Source of the DNA: Tubiluchus corallicola
Taxonomy: Eukaryota; Animalia; Priapulida
Assembly: GCA_030141605.1 (NCBI GenBank)
Contig: JAQGDQ010001218.1
Span: 1 to 54,435 of the forward strand
DNA length: 54,435 bases
Reading direction: 5' to 3'
Of this stretch, positions 38,408 to 52,914 are shown piece by piece. The translations under genes were made by a program, and so were the position numbers. The notes beneath the pieces are model-generated. The model was not told the origin of the DNA. It ran no database searches and worked only from the letters and a program-made list of their open reading frames with translations. Each line of letters opens with the position of its first letter. Position 1 is the first letter of the stretch.

Positions 38408-38779
38408 CTGCAGTAATTAAAAAAATAGCAAAATTTAAAAAAAATAGATTTTCGTGTGTAAAACAAAATCTGCATAATGCCACTGCAAAACAATGGGCAA
38501 AATGTATTATTCATACATGCATTATATATACATTACATTATTCAGACATGTATTATACATGCAGAGACACAGGACTGAACAAAGGCAATTGCCTTGAAAT
38601 TACAAAACAAACATTTTAATTTACTTTTATTAAAGGGCTACTTGAAAACAACAGCATTGAGCGCTTCCCTATACAAAATTGGCAAAATGCCAAAGTTCCA
38701 ACATAAAAATTTCTTTTTTGCACCTCATTGACGCTATAGTCACTTACAAGGCCGTTCAAATTGCCAAGAGTGATGAGTC

Positions 38780-39275
38780 CAGGGATGAGAATGACAAATT
38801 GCAAAAAACTCTGAAACAGGCCAGGGGTTTGGGGGCCGCGTAGCCCCTCATGGGGTTTCAAGGGGGCGAAGCAACAAATTGCAATTATGTGACCATAGAG
38901 AGCCTCTAATTGGACTTAAAATATGAGTTACCCTGTTTCATGCATAATTTAAAATACCCAACTATCAAGGATACATGATACCTAATTGTCTCAAAAACGC
39001 CTATGGGCCGCTCCTATGCAAAAGTATATAAAAACTGTCTGCAATTGACTCAAATAACTCCGCACAATTGATTCTATATTTTTATACATAGAGATATACA
39101 CGTGATTACACTGATGTACGTGATGTATACAAAGTGACGGCCTGCCAACTAGCGGTCAGCTTGTGAAATAATGTACGGGCCCGTAAAAATTTTCTCAACG
39201 AATTTACGCGATTTACAAAAATGGCACTACTGGTCTTCCAAAAACTCGGAATTCCGCGGAAAATTCTCATCCCTG
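38780..39275. mobile_element. MITE with CAGGGATGAGAAT TIRs (hAT-like ends)
   Basis: 13-bp perfect inverted termini; no clean TSD. Confidence 0.55.
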
Positions 39276-40276
39276 CGAGTCTGTTCTATAGCGGTTAATG
39301 AAATGTTGTAATCTATTTTTCCTCTTAGTATCTCTCAGCATTTAAAACAAAATTAAAATCACTAATATTAACCAGATATGAAATACCATCACACCAGTAC
39401 GACGACATACACACTAATTCAGAATTCATATATCCATGACCATATTAATTAAATCATAGTTTTTTCATTTTTTGCGCATAGTTGTAAATACGTTTGATTT
39501 TATTCGTCGTTACTTTCCATTACTGCACAGTAGTGTAGATTGCACTGACGCATTTGAATTTAGCAGTGTAAGTTTTTATTAACTAACACTGATTGATCAT
39601 CTCTCTAAAGTTTTTGTCAGTGATTATCAATGTATCTTAATGGCAAATAAAGATTATTATATACCGTATATGCTCGCATATAAGCCGAATTTAGAACTAT
39701 AAAATACAATACTGAAATCAGGGGGTCGGCTTATATGCGCATGAAACAAAATGAACACAAGGACAGACACTAATGCCAATTTTCCAGCCACACATTTTCA
39801 TCGCTATCTGACTCTTTATTTGGTTGTGTGTCACCAGTGGTGTATTGGAGGGGGATCGTGGGGGATCGCCGTCCACCCACTTTTTTTTTTTAGAAAAAAT
39901 TCACATTTCAATAAATGTCTGCTTTTTGTATTCATTAGATAAAAATACCCAATTAGTTAATACCCAATTAATAAAATGTGACAAAAAGGGATCAATTTTG
40001 TTGATTGGGTATGGAGTAAAATTAGACAAGTTGATGGTCGGCTTATATATGGGTTTTTGCAAAAACTGGCCATTTTAAAGCAGTTTTAGGGGGTCGGCTT
40101 ATATGCGAGTATATACGGTACGTATATATATATATGTATCATTTATTAGTAACAAAGTGCAAAAGTTTAACACAGAACAGATGGAAGTAAATCTCATTTC
40201 ATCATGTAAAAATACATCATTACTTCATAACCACAAAATTCAGACATTTCAATTTAGCATCGTCTCACTTTTGTAC

Positions 40277-40403
40277 CTTTCAGTTTCTTCGCAGTCATCT
40301 TCTGCTTCTTCTTTAATCTCTTTGCTCGTTTCTTTGCCGTCCGCTCGTCCGCTTTTCTCTGATTTTCTTCCAGTTTTCTGTGATATTCCACGTCCTCTTC
40401 CGA
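40277..40403 (-). CDS. PRKRIP1: PRKRIP1 coding exon 4 (SEEDVEYHRKLEENQRKADERTAKKRAKRLKKKQK...)
   Basis: GTTACAG| acceptor, G|GTACAA donor, 127 nt; conserved EENxxxAxExTAKKRxKR basic coil. Confidence 0.92.
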
Positions 40404-41486
40404 CTGTAACCAATATAATTAATTGTACTTACACTAGCTGCCTCATACAGACACAATAAAAGGAAGGGAAACATCCGAAGACGCCAGCGCAGTTCTCGAG
40501 TCGCAGAAGTACCCCAGGTAGAATTTTAGACATTTTTAGAAGCCTTTTAGCAACCAAAAGTGAAAAAAAAACAAATAAAAATTATTTATTTAATGATAAT
40601 TTTGTCAAACTTTGTAACATATTTGGAATAATTTAGCCACTAGCACTTATCTTTAACATCAGTATAACTATGTCACTTATTTATTAAGATAGCTTAATAG
40701 TTAGACTTAAAGGACAAGAAAAGGGGCACCTGAAGTAGGTTTCACAAAAATCGCCTTGAAAAATTATATTACTTTATAGCAATTTTATGCGTATATCGTA
40801 CTCGCACGGAAAGGAATTTTTGTTTGTTTTCATTTTAAATCTCCCGCAATACTGTTCCAAAGTCGCCATTGCATGACGTCACCTATGCAAAAATGTAAAT
40901 CAGGGGAAGAAAAGGCCATGTTAAATAATATCTCAAAAGACTTTCTGTGCAAATCTATATTACGTAGATTTTCGCTTACCTGCTAGAAAGACTTATGTAA
41001 CTAGAAAAGAAAATTATTAATTATTTAAAATGTTTTCACCAATTGGTAAAATGTCGCTGACTCACCCTCCAGGGTGCACCACTCACTAACCAAAAAACAT
41101 ATTTTTAATCTTATTGACAAAATACAGTAATTTAAAATTTTATTTAGTTAGTGACTTGTGTGCTACGAATGCTCTGATTAGTTTTTCAAACTTTACAAAA
41201 TGTTATCTAAACTTATTTCAAATGACCTATCGTGAAAATGGCTGCGTCTAACGGTCATCGCGGGAGTTTAAATTTACATGTTTTATACAGCGTGACTGCC
41301 GATTGAAGTCCCGCATGCAAAAAGGCAATATGTAAGCGATATAAAGTGTCAAAACGAATTTTTTAAAGCTTTATGTTTATGAAGGGTTTTCTTGTGCTTT
41401 AACAAGAGCACACTTGTGCGCAAATTTTAATTCTGACAATAATACACTAGACGAATATAACAGTTATAATACAAATTTCCAATTTC

Positions 41487-42280
41487 CTTTATCAAAAAGA
41501 ACACCTATTAACTTTATCAAAAAGAACACCTATTAACTTTATCAAAAACAACACCTATTAACTTTATTATCAAAAACAACACCTATTAACTTTATCAAAA
41601 ACAACACCTATTAACTTTATCAAAAGCAACACCTATTAACTTTATCAAAAACAACACCTATAAACTTTATCAAAAACAACACCAATTAACTTTATCAAAA
41701 AGAACACCTATTAACTGTATCAAAAACAACACCTATTAACTTTATCAAAAGCAACACCTATTAACTTTATCAAAAGCAGCACCTATTAACTTTATCAAAA
41801 GCAGCACCTATTAACTTTATCAAAAACAACACCTGTTAACTTTATCAAAAACAACACATGTTAACTTTATCAAAAACAACACATGTTAACTTTATCAAAA
41901 ACAACACATGTTAACTTTATCAAAAACAATACCAGTTAACTTTATCAAAAACAATACCAGTTAACTTTATCAAAAACAATACCAGTTAACTTTATCAAAA
42001 ACAATACCAGTTAACTTTATCAAAAACAATACCAGTTAACTTTATCAAAAACAACACCTGTTAACTTTATCAAAAACAACACCTATTAACTTTATCAAAA
42101 ACAACACCTATTAACTTTATCAAAAACAACACATGTTAACTTTATCAAAAACAACACCTATTAACTTGATCAAAAACAATACCAGTTAACTTTATCAAAA
42201 ACAACACCTATAAACTTTCTCAAAAACAACACATGTTAACTTTATCAAAAACAACACCTATAAACTTTATCAAAAACATC
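41487..42280. repeat. 25-bp minisatellite (AACTTTATCAAAAACAACACCTATT, ~31 units) in PRKRIP1 intron 3
   Basis: Direct inspection. Confidence 0.93.
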
Positions 42281-42371
42281 ATTGTCGTTAACAGAAACAC
42301 GATAAATGAATCTCGTTCATTATAAAATTGAATGAACCAACATTGTTAAATGCCCACTGCTGATCAAGTAC

Positions 42372-42472
42372 CTGTTCAGCTTGATCGTTTATCCACTTCT
42401 GCCTCATTTGTTCTCGTCGTCTGATGTGCCTGTACACGTGGAATTCTCCACTTCCAGCTCCAGCACTGGATC
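42372..42472 (-). CDS. PRKRIP1: PRKRIP1 coding exon 3 ([34 protein letters not shown])
   Basis: Signature [15 protein letters not shown] (DUF1168); TTACAG| acceptor, CAG|GTACTT donor, phase 1->0. Confidence 0.95.
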
Positions 42473-42884
42473 CTGTAATAAAAGTTGTGACTAATATGTA
42501 ACTAAGATGAAAAACAACAGACGGCATTAGAAATTACACGTTGCACAGAGCCACAAGTCAATTACAAATTGACTTCTAATGTCACGTATCAGACATTCAT
42601 CGGAATGACAGCATCACTGATGATCCATCACTCATTCAGTTTAATTGATAAATGTGTTTAAGTCCGAGGACGATCAGCATCGTCTGGCTACTTATTTAAA
42701 AAGCGGTTTGGTTCCTGTTATGGATAATGATATTAAACATTTCGTTTGTACTATACTGCAAAGGCAAGTGACAGGTAGGCCATTGAACTGATTCGTGATC
42801 GCCACGCTGTTTGTTGAACAAAAGGAGCGATGATCCGCAGAGATCCATGAGATTTCAGTGAGAATTTTTTACCCCATGATGTGG

Positions 42885-43275
42885 CACAATGGTTGGCATC
42901 CTTCTTTCGCGGAAGACAATGGAGTGTGCGCCAAGAGAGTCAGTTATTGATCACATTGATGGAGCTGCAGCGTCGACTGTGGCTGAGCAGTGAGATCCTT
43001 GAACGTCTCCAGGGCGTACACGCCTGGGCAAGGTGTATGGAAATCCTGAGTTGCCCAGACGTCTCCAGTTTGGTCACTTGACCTCCTCCGCCCTCTAGCC
43101 GTTGGCTGCTTGTGCAGCTCCTCCGCCTAGTGTCGAGATACAGTGTGGGCATCCCGCAAGTCTACAGCACCTGGTACTCCTAGGCGGTCACCCATCCAAG
43201 TACTAACCAGGCTCTACGTTGCTTAACTTCGGTGAACAGACGAGAACTGGTGTTTTCAATGTGATTTGGCACAAC
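42885..43275 (-). mobile_element. Second copy of the 5S-headed SINE, in PRKRIP1 intron 2
   Basis: The reverse complement matches the 5S head and body (gcgggatgcccacactgtatctcgacactaggcggag...ggcgcacactccattgtcttcc). Confidence 0.8.
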
Positions 43276-43991
43276 ATAGAGTCAACAATTTCACACGAAG
43301 TTCTCGCTTTGAAAAAATTCAGCGTGAAAGTACAGTAAACTCACAATTGAATTTTTTTCATCTGAAGTTGTGGAAAATTATCACTGGACCTGCAGCTGAG
43401 TTGATGCATAGTGACGACTTATTTACTCTTTAATACTTTTTTATAATTGTCTAATTTGCATCTTTTTGTGCCTCCTTAACATGGTGTTACCTAATAGAAG
43501 CGATGATAGTTATCCACTACTATAGCGGTGTTCATTATCTACTAAACTATATCCTATGTTTACTTTTCATGATGCAGACGTCTCTCAAGGGTTTCTGCTG
43601 CCCAATATCGAAATTTTGCCCAACGACGTTAAAGGGTGACGATGTTCGTCCTTCAAAATCGAAGGTGACCATAGTGACAGGGATAAAGGGTCAGTTTGAG
43701 GGGTTGTCATTCCTTTGATGAGCTCGAAGGTGACTGACTAGGCCAATTCTGGCCTGGAAACTTCTTTGGCATTTGGCACAGGTGAGGCTGGGCGTTTGGA
43801 CCTGTTGTTGGGCAGTGTCACATGCCTTGCGTCTCCTGCGCTTCTCCTCTGCCTCCTCAATTCTCTATACACCTCAACTTTCACCCCCCCAACAACACCC
43901 AAAAACACCAACACAAACAACCACACACCACACACCCAAACACCAAACAAATTGCCTAACAATTAAAGAAATTACAGAATATTATACTCAC

Positions 43992-44070
43992 CCATTACAT
44001 TTCTAACAAAGTCTGGTGCATTAGGGAATTTTTTGCTTCTAGGTGCCTCTGGTATATCCACAGGTATGTG
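43992..44070 (-). CDS. PRKRIP1: PRKRIP1 coding exon 2 (HIPVDIPEAPRSKKFPNAPDFVRNVMG)
   Basis: CTTCTTTCAG| acceptor, G|GTGAGT donor, 79 nt; PxFVRxVMG motif. Confidence 0.93.
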
Positions 44071-44885
44071 CTGAAAGAAGAATTCACTTCTCTTAGTAAA
44101 TAATAGCCTTTTAAGAAAAAGTGACAATCACAACACCATCAAGACAAACAATTTTGATGAACTCATTTAAGCATGCTAATTAGCAATAGAAGCAGTTACT
44201 GAAAAAAAAACTGTAAGATTAGTTTCTGATTTCCATGGTGCTACTGAAAAAAAAGACATAGACAACTGCGCATGTAGTGCAAGGTTCGTAAATTGATTTC
44301 TCTCAGTCACCATGCAATATTAATGAATTCTGTGAAAGTCATGTATGTGGTTGTAGTTGAACACTTGGTAGAAAAAGAATGAACACTATATTACATATCT
44401 GCACAAAAACTGAAACACGTTTATTATACTAAATAGACATATGTAAAATGACTGCTACACTGCACACTGAGGACCAGAGTGTCCTGCACTGATCACGAAG
44501 AATTAGACAGTGGCTAGAAGTAAAATCCAGCCAGTATATATAGGTAGAGGACTATGCAAAACTTGGCTTCACAAATACCATTACAGTAAAAATAGGGAAA
44601 GATCCAGTGAGTATGCATATTCACTGGACCGAACAATTGTACTAGGGGTGAGTTTAGCTAGAAAATGTAAAGTGGTTAGTTAATAGATGGCAGCACCTAA
44701 ATATATACAGTTACAACTTTCACAAATTCCTTAAATATTGAAAAGATAAATATTGTCAAAGTGATTTACTTACAACGAGTTTAAATTCTAAAGTGAAATG
44801 CCATTCATAAGCTTCTCATTTACCATCGCAAGCAAAATCTCTTAAACACTGAATGAACTAGGGTAAGAACGCCTCTTTTACTCAC

Positions 44886-45005
44886 TGGCTTCTCCATCAA
44901 TTTATCCAATTTCATTCGCTGGAGCTCAACTGAAGTTTTTGGATATGGCTTCTTCTCTTTTGGCTCGATTCTGAAGATGTCTGGCTTCTTCTCTTTTGGC
45001 TCCAT
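44886..45005 (-). CDS. PRKRIP1: PRKRIP1 coding exon 1 (MEPKEKKP...PKTSVELQRMKLDKLMEKP)
   Basis: QRxKLxKLMxxP motif; CCA|GTGAGT donor in phase 0. Confidence 0.88.
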
Positions 45006-45109
45006 TCTGAAGATGTCTGCTTAATTTTAGGTACCTAAATTAGGAAAACAGAGTAATGTTATTGCCTAATGGTCTATCATTGTAGATTACTCAGCGATAC
45101 AGCGCTGTT

Positions 45110-45978
45110 AGAATCATTTATGTAGAGCAGGAACAGAATCGGTCCCAGGATCGTGCCATGGGGGATTCCACTCACCTCCCTAGCCCAGGTAGAAGATTTG
45201 CCATTCATTGTTATGGGCAAATTACCAAATTACCCATATAATTCGTTTTTTATTTTTCCCGCATGAGGGAGCCAAAAACTAAAGGGGACAAGTGGGCAAT
45301 TGCTGGCAGACTCAACTAGTTATTGCAGAGACTTACTTGTAATGTGGATAATGCAATTTTTATATGAGAAATTTAATGTCATGCTTCATAAACCATAAAC
45401 AGTGTGCCGAATGAAGTAAGTGATTTTTGTAAATCTAAGTAGCAATTTCCTGTGTAATTTTTTTGTTCAAATTTCTGTAGCTTTGTTCAAATTGCATTAC
45501 TGCAAATTTTATGTATTTCTTTTGTTTTTCTGCTTTAGAAAATAAAGACTGCAGAAACACCTTATGAAAGGAACTGTCGTGTTTTGCTGTGTTAACAATC
45601 ATCATCATCATACGCCCGTCACGTCTATTGTAGACATTGGGCAGGCAGAATTCTAAAATAAAAGAAATCTGCCTTCAGACAGGTAAACGCAGCAGTGATC
45701 CAGCAAAAAAACTAGACACTGCTACGCCAGTGGCTTGTCAGCACCACTTCCGAGAAAAATAGTCTAGATGAATAGTGAAGAAACTAAAGTAAGGAAAGTA
45801 GGCAAATGCGGTAAAGAAACATGGTAGAAAATGTATGCGACCACTAAAGGCAATGAAAATGCTTTTATTAGATGCACCAGATCGACTAGGAGAATCATTT
45901 ACGTAGAACAGGAACAGAATCGGTCCCAGGATCGTGCCATGGGGGATTCCACTCACCTCCCTAGCCCGGGTAGAAGAT
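45110..45978 (-). mobile_element. Two short CR1/L2-type reverse-transcriptase fragments (~45110-45200 and ~45890-45978)
   Basis: SGIPHGTILGPILFLFYVND resembles the non-LTR RT motif GVPQGSVLGPLLFxxYIND. Confidence 0.75.
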
Positions 45979-46628
45979 GTGACATTCAGAACAACTTCTT
46001 TATAATCTGATCACAGTTTTTCTTAGTTCTCGCTCCATTTCATCTTTCATTCACTACTCCCCCCCACACTTTTATGTATATATTAACATTATTTCAATTA
46101 TTAATCACTTCTTTAAGATTTCCACATACAGTTTGGCCTCTCAAGCTATGCTTTTAGGCTCAAACTGTATGCATCAAAATTACTCTGTAATGTAATTTGC
46201 ACATGTATATGCTGCATAAGAATCTCTTTTGTAATTTCTGGATAATATTACATTTATATTTACTTCAGTGAAATTATCTGTATTTTTATTATAACTGTTA
46301 GATGCAGAGTGGAACCAAATAAACTTAAAAAAACTTGTTGATTTCTGTTTGCTAAGGACCCAGACAGCCATTGAATATAGACATCAAAGAGTCAATGTAC
46401 CACGTCGCCATATTCAATGACATCATAAGTACCACTTTAAGGGCAGAAGTATGTTGCACTAACACTGCTTTCTTCCCTGGGGATCGAAGCAGTTGTTGCC
46501 AATGTAGTTTCTTGCATTGAATTAAACAATGGTCCCTGAAGTCAGACTTGATTGTGTACTGCAGTGAATATACACGGTACCTTACAGCGGCACATGGGAG
46601 TGCTGTATACACACTGAGGTGGGACATG

Positions 46629-46968
46629 CAGGGCCTATTTCAGGGGGTGGGGTGGGGATACTTCCCCAGGGCCTCCCCCTCCAGGGGGGCCTCGCGCCAA
46701 GGTAACATTTTTTTTGCTTTATGCGAACATACTGCCTCCTCTCTCGCTCTCTTGCTGCAAGCACGCCGTTTGCCAATATTGACAAGTATTAAGGACTGGT
46801 CTTGAGAATAAAGCAGTTTTTCTTTCAATTGTTATTTCCTTTAACAACTGTATAACTCCATATTTTCTCTTCGAAAATGCTTCTCCGGCGTTCTAGCAGT
46901 TCGAAAAATTTTTGGGGGCCTCACACGCCCCACTTCCCTGGGCCTCGCTTAGGCTGAAATAGGCCCTG
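46629..46968. mobile_element. hAT-type MITE; related inverted sequence ~34800-35260 and a fragment at ~48216
   Basis: 15-bp perfect TIR cagggcctatttcag; perfect 8-bp TSD GGGACATG (46621, 46969). Confidence 0.92.
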
Positions 46969-48259
46969 GGGACATGGTATTGCAGCACACAGTAAGGTGG
47001 TACTCGATGAGGCAGTGCAAAATGAAGCGGTACTCAAGGATTGAGCAAGCGCAAACGTTATATAGTTTATTATTTATGTTTGCAAACATTCTGTACAGAT
47101 TAGTGTTAAATGTACAGTAACATGTATTATTTTTTATAATATAAATTTGTCGACCATTGGTCTTGCACTTACAAGAAGACTAGTTTCTAACAGTTATTTT
47201 TCTCATAATACAAAATTGATTCAAACGGAAAGCCAAGTAGAAAATTAATAAAAATAGGACCTAGACAGTTTCATTGAGGTATTCCTGTATTAGTTGAAAA
47301 AGCTTCACTGAATTTACCTTCGTATCTAACTTCGGACATCGTCATCTTTCAAGTTCTAAAGATTTGAGATCGTGCAATATGGGAACTCCTCCAAATCAGT
47401 TATCTGTTTGATTTTGGAACTTGGACATGTTCAGCATATCTATAGACTGAGATATGCAAGGAGTCAAATCTTATCAGATTCTTAAAGCACAGAAAACCCT
47501 CCACTTGCATAAGGCTTAAAAAATTCGCCTTGAAATTTTATGTTACTTGCGTACTGCCTTCTTGCATGCAGGGCATGTGACAGGACATCACATCTTACTT
47601 GCTTGGATAAATTTGGTAGTGCATGAGTATGTTTTTATTCATTGAATTTTTAATGATTTGAGCACTATTTTCGTAATTAAATTCTCACAATAATTTCATT
47701 AAGAATCATCACTTCTTAATTACACTTAAATTACATATGTGCATTATGGTAATAACAATTAAGACCACTCTTTTGACTTAGCACTTTCTGGTTTTCCACT
47801 TTAATTCAAAATTACATGTTGTTAAAAACAATTAACTGGTAAAAACACACTGCAAGGATACATTAGTATTTTGCAGAAATGTGCAAATATTTTATTTCAA
47901 GAATATCTAGATGTGCGACACAAAAATCTATTCACACGAAAATCTAGTTTTAATAGAAGTGTAATATAGTGCAGCACTTTAACTAGTATTACACATAATA
48001 ATTTTGGTATAATTATTTTGGTATCTTTTAGAGAAACCGACCAAGAATGATTGGCAATTTTGGCATTTTTGCTGTATCTCTTGCAACATGATTATGCATG
48101 TGCTCGGTTGCAGTGTTCTTACACTAAGTGAGTTTGGCTATCGAGTCACGTTAGACGTAAAAGCACAATAATGTCTGCATTGGGTGTTTCATGCACAGGT
48201 GAGCCAATGTCCTAGCAGGGCCTATTTCAGGGGGGCGGGGGATGGGGATACGTAAGCAA

Positions 48260-48327
48260 GGCTCTACGTTGCTTAACTTTGGTGATCAGACGAGAACCGG
48301 TGTTTTCAATGTGACATGGCCGTAGAC
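48260..48327 (-). pseudogene. 5' half of a 5S rRNA-like sequence (truncated SINE head or 5S pseudogene)
   Basis: Reverse complement GTCTACGGCCATGTCACATTGAAAACACCGGTTCTCGTCTGATCACCAAAGTTAAGCAACGTAGAGCC. Confidence 0.8.
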
Positions 48328-49643
48328 AATAATAATAATAAGAAGAAGAAGAAGAAGAAGAAGGAAACTAAAAATGATAATGATGATGATGATCACAATA
48401 ATAATAAGTCTACTATCAAAAAGCCTGTGTCTGCTAAAGCAATTAAACTGAAATTTAATTATTTGATTGTGTTAAGTATTTTGTTTAAAAGAATGGGTCA
48501 AGAAACACGTGTTCGTCTGTTTATTTGCCTGTTGGCTTGTTTACACGTTTGTTTATTTGCTTGCTGGCTTGTTTACACGTTTGTTTATTTGCCTGTTGGC
48601 TTGTTTACACGTTTGTTTGTTTGTCACGTACCAGGTTAATTATTGTACTTGTTTGAAGCATACAGATTTCTTATGAACTACAACTGAACATCATATAAAA
48701 ACCAAATTCGTGTTTTTCTTTTTGCAACCGCAAGAGATTTATTATGCAAAGCACGACGACGAACAATGCCACGGAGAGAGAACATTTCACCTTTTTCAAA
48801 CCACCAAACGGAAAATAAGAAGTAGGTAACTGATATGCAAGAAAATTCCAAAATATTTACAGCTCTAAGATATTTTAGCTGTTTCTATAATTTTCGATTA
48901 CAATAACTTGACAATGTATAAGATCTTTTTCATGCTTTCCCATTTCGATTCTTTTTATAAATGTTCTTCTCGTGGGTTCATCAACGAATAATCAAAGTAA
49001 AATCTAATAAATTTAACATCATTGTATGTAAAAATTTGCAATTTGCAAGAATGATTCGAGAATTGTTGCTTATCTCAATCTAGAAATCATTTACTATTTT
49101 GACTCTTGATGCAACAAGAAACCAGTGATTCAATTAATTGTTCTACAAGGTCATGATCTAGCTAACTCACCAGGGGGCGTTCACATGCTCAATATAATCG
49201 TCACTTATATTGACAATAATATTGACGAGTTATCACAGGCACTTAGGAACATTTATATTTAAAAACAGCACAACTTAATTGAAACTTTTACATTAAAAAG
49301 TTAAAATTATGCCAAACGTTTCAACAAGCGTGAAGAATTTAGCTTGTATATGGAACTTGCACTTAGTGACAAAACAGAAGAAGTCAAAAAGAAGATCACA
49401 ACAGCAAGACAGTCTAGAATGCAGAACGCTGCTAAGCAATCACCGAGATCTTTGATTTGCACAAACCATATCTATGGTATTGTTATAATAATATTGATTA
49501 TGTTTCCTGTCTGTATTCCGTTGCAGTAACAAGGATTGTTTGGCAAATCTGTTGAAGTCTGTCATTCAGGACTAATAAATTTACCATAATTGCAACCTTT
49601 CTATCCAAAAACAAACAGGATTCAAAATCAAGTGTGCACGGAG

Positions 49644-50148
49644 CAATGGTGGCTCGTAATCAAAATTAGTAGGTGTGCTGATTCAGAAAATTTTTAACCA
49701 TTGTTTTAATGCTGTGTAAAACGAAAAAAAACATATTTATATAATTTTAATATTGAAATTCGTGATTTTAAATAAACAAACGTACGAAAATTTGTTCAAA
49801 AACTTGATAAAATCCTAAACAAATATAGTGTTTACTTACGAATAGCTTAAATTGTCACAGTTCAAGAATATGCCGGTACACTGTTTTTAAGTACGTGACA
49901 ACTGACAGCACACACTGTGTGAGGGACAGTACTCTTTCTACTTAAAGTGCAGCGCCTTATCTCTGACATGTGCGCATGGCCGCATGCGCACAGCAGCCAA
50001 ACACCACGTTACTTGAGTTGTGAAGCACACTGTACTAGGCTGCGAAGCAAACAGCACTATTCTCATGTGCTCTGGACCGTGTGTGAGGAAAGTGTGTGAA
50101 AATAGGGGGTGCTGCAGTACCACAGTACCTGTACACGAGCCGCCATTG
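49644..50148. mobile_element. hAT-like MITE; related partial copies ~21998-22075 and ~22198-22480
   Basis: TIR caatgg(t/c)ggctcgt; 8-bp flanks gcacggag / gcacggcc; interior shared (inverted) with 22198-22480. Confidence 0.7.
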
Positions 50149-50616
50149 GCACGGCCACTGACAAAGACTGTATTCTACATAGACAGCTCATTTGTGACGT
50201 TGTGTCGTCAAATTCAACATAGTAATTTCTACTTACGACACTGTAAGCATAACTTAGCAATATAGCATTGACTACAGTTAAAGACACCAGAGCAAACATT
50301 GCCACACAAACTTGCCATACAATATATCATAGTATTCCTCCCAGTCTGCTGAACGAAAGCCATATGTTTTGCCATCAAACAGAGTGAAATACTCAATTCC
50401 ATACCATTAATAATATAATTCTACAATACATAGCTGATGCGTTAAAGTTTTAGTACTCGAATATTCTTTGCCCGAAAGATTAATGGTCGCGGTGGGTACG
50501 ACTTCGGCTCCAACTTAGTCGGTTAATAAAGTTGATGCCTGAAATTTTCAAAAGTAAAATTTACAATTATAATCTTAAATTAAAATGAAGCAGTTAACAA
50601 GTGTGTGTTATATTCA

Positions 50617-51110
<494 letters not shown>

Positions 51111-51263
51111 ATTATAATTAATACATTGGTACATTAACTTATTCAGTAGCAATGCTAGGGAATGTAGCTTTGTAGATGCATAAATTAGCTTAATTAAATT
51201 TAGTAAATACTGCTGTAGAAGTTACTGGTAGAATGCTAAATGCTTCAAAAATAAGTGAAATAC

Positions 51264-51327
51264 CTTAGTGGTCCTTTTACCAGACAATAGATAACTGCGA
51301 ACTTTAGATATGCGAAGTAACTTTTGC
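51264..51327 (-). CDS. Probable small exon following the mucin-like exon (RQKLLRISKVRSYLLSGKRTTK)
   Basis: TGTATTTCAG| acceptor, AAG|GTATTT donor; open in the phase (2) left by the donor at 51961. Confidence 0.45.
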
Positions 51328-51435
51328 CTGAAATACAAATTTTGACAACCAATGTGACATACTTCTATACAAGCTACTTAAAAACAGTGTAGTAGAAATA
51401 ATTATTCTGATTTCTAATGAAATGTTCAAAGGCAG

Positions 51436-51766
<331 letters not shown>

Positions 51767-51960
51767 GCTGGAGAGAAGTCTCTATATCTGAACGTGCCAT
51801 CAGCTAACTTTATTTACTGTGTTTTTTCTTATTAATAAAACATTATTAAAGCATTGCAGCTGCTGCATTGAGATCTGTAACTAATACCAGACTGTAAGAG
51901 CGTGAGATTTTGCATTTAATCAAATTCATTAATTTCTACCATAGTTTCACGTGTACTAAC

Positions 51961-52753
51961 CGTTTGCTTGGCTTTGGTGGTTTTTTGGTTTTAATGTTTT
52001 TGCGTGTTGTACGTTTTCCACACTTTGCACGTCCTGGTCTAGGGGTTGGTGTCTCACTTGTTGCTTGTCTCATGTTCACTGGTCCAGTTGTTGCTTCAGT
52101 AGCAGTTGGTGTTGTTGTTGTTGCAGCAGGTGATGTTGTCGCTATTGTTGGTGTTGTTGTTGTTGCAGCAGGTGATGTTGTCGTTATTGTTGGTGTTGTT
52201 GTCGTTGCTGCTGGCGTTGTTGTCGTTGCTGCTAGCGTTGTTGTTATTGTTGAAGCTGTCGTACTTGTTGGTGGAGTTGATGTTGATGTTAGAGACGTTG
52301 CCGTGGTCGATGCTGTCGTTGTTGTCTGTGTTGTCGTACTTGTTGGTGTAGTTGATGTTGATGTTGGAGACGTTGCCGTGGTCGATGCTGTCGTTGTTGT
52401 CGGTGTTGTCGTAGTTGTTGGTGTAGTTGTTGTTGATGTTGGAGACGTTGCCGTGGTCGATGCTGTCGTTGTTGTCGGTGTTGTCGTAGTTGTTGGTGTA
52501 GTTGTCGTTGATGTTGGAGACGTTGCCGTGGTCGATGCTGTCGTTGTTGTCGGTGTTGTCGTAGTTGTTGGTGTATTTGTTGTTGATGTTGGAGACGTTG
52601 CCGTGGTCGATGCTGTCGTTGTTGCCGTACTTGTTGGCGTAGTTGTTGTTGATGTGGGAGACGTTGCCGTGGTCGATGCTGTCGTTGTTGCTGGTGTTGT
52701 GGTCACTGTTGATGCTGTTGTTGTTGATGCTGTTGTCGATTCTACTGGCCTTG
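51961..52753 (-). CDS. Thr/Ser/Pro-rich mucin-like exon with 25-aa (75-bp) repeats and a basic C-terminal segment
   Basis: Strong acceptor CTGTTTTTTTCACAG| at 52754, long open frame with mixed Thr codons, non-repetitive tail GPVNMRQ...KKPPKPSKR, candidate donor CG|GTTAGT. Confidence 0.65.
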
Positions 52754-52914
52754 CTGTGAAAAAAACAGAGGTTTCATTTAAGACAGCTGTATTTATGAAA
52801 GAAGTTATATAAATAAAACGTGGCTTCTTAGCAGTTCGAGTGACAATCAGTGATTGAAGTCATTTATTACGTGATCTTGATATTGAAACCTAGCCACGGG
52901 GGGGGGGGGGGCAA

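Noticed and set aside
51910-52812. 300-aa Val-rich + strand ORF
   Set aside because: Antisense shadow of the Thr-rich - strand exon, which has the splice acceptor and the more plausible composition.
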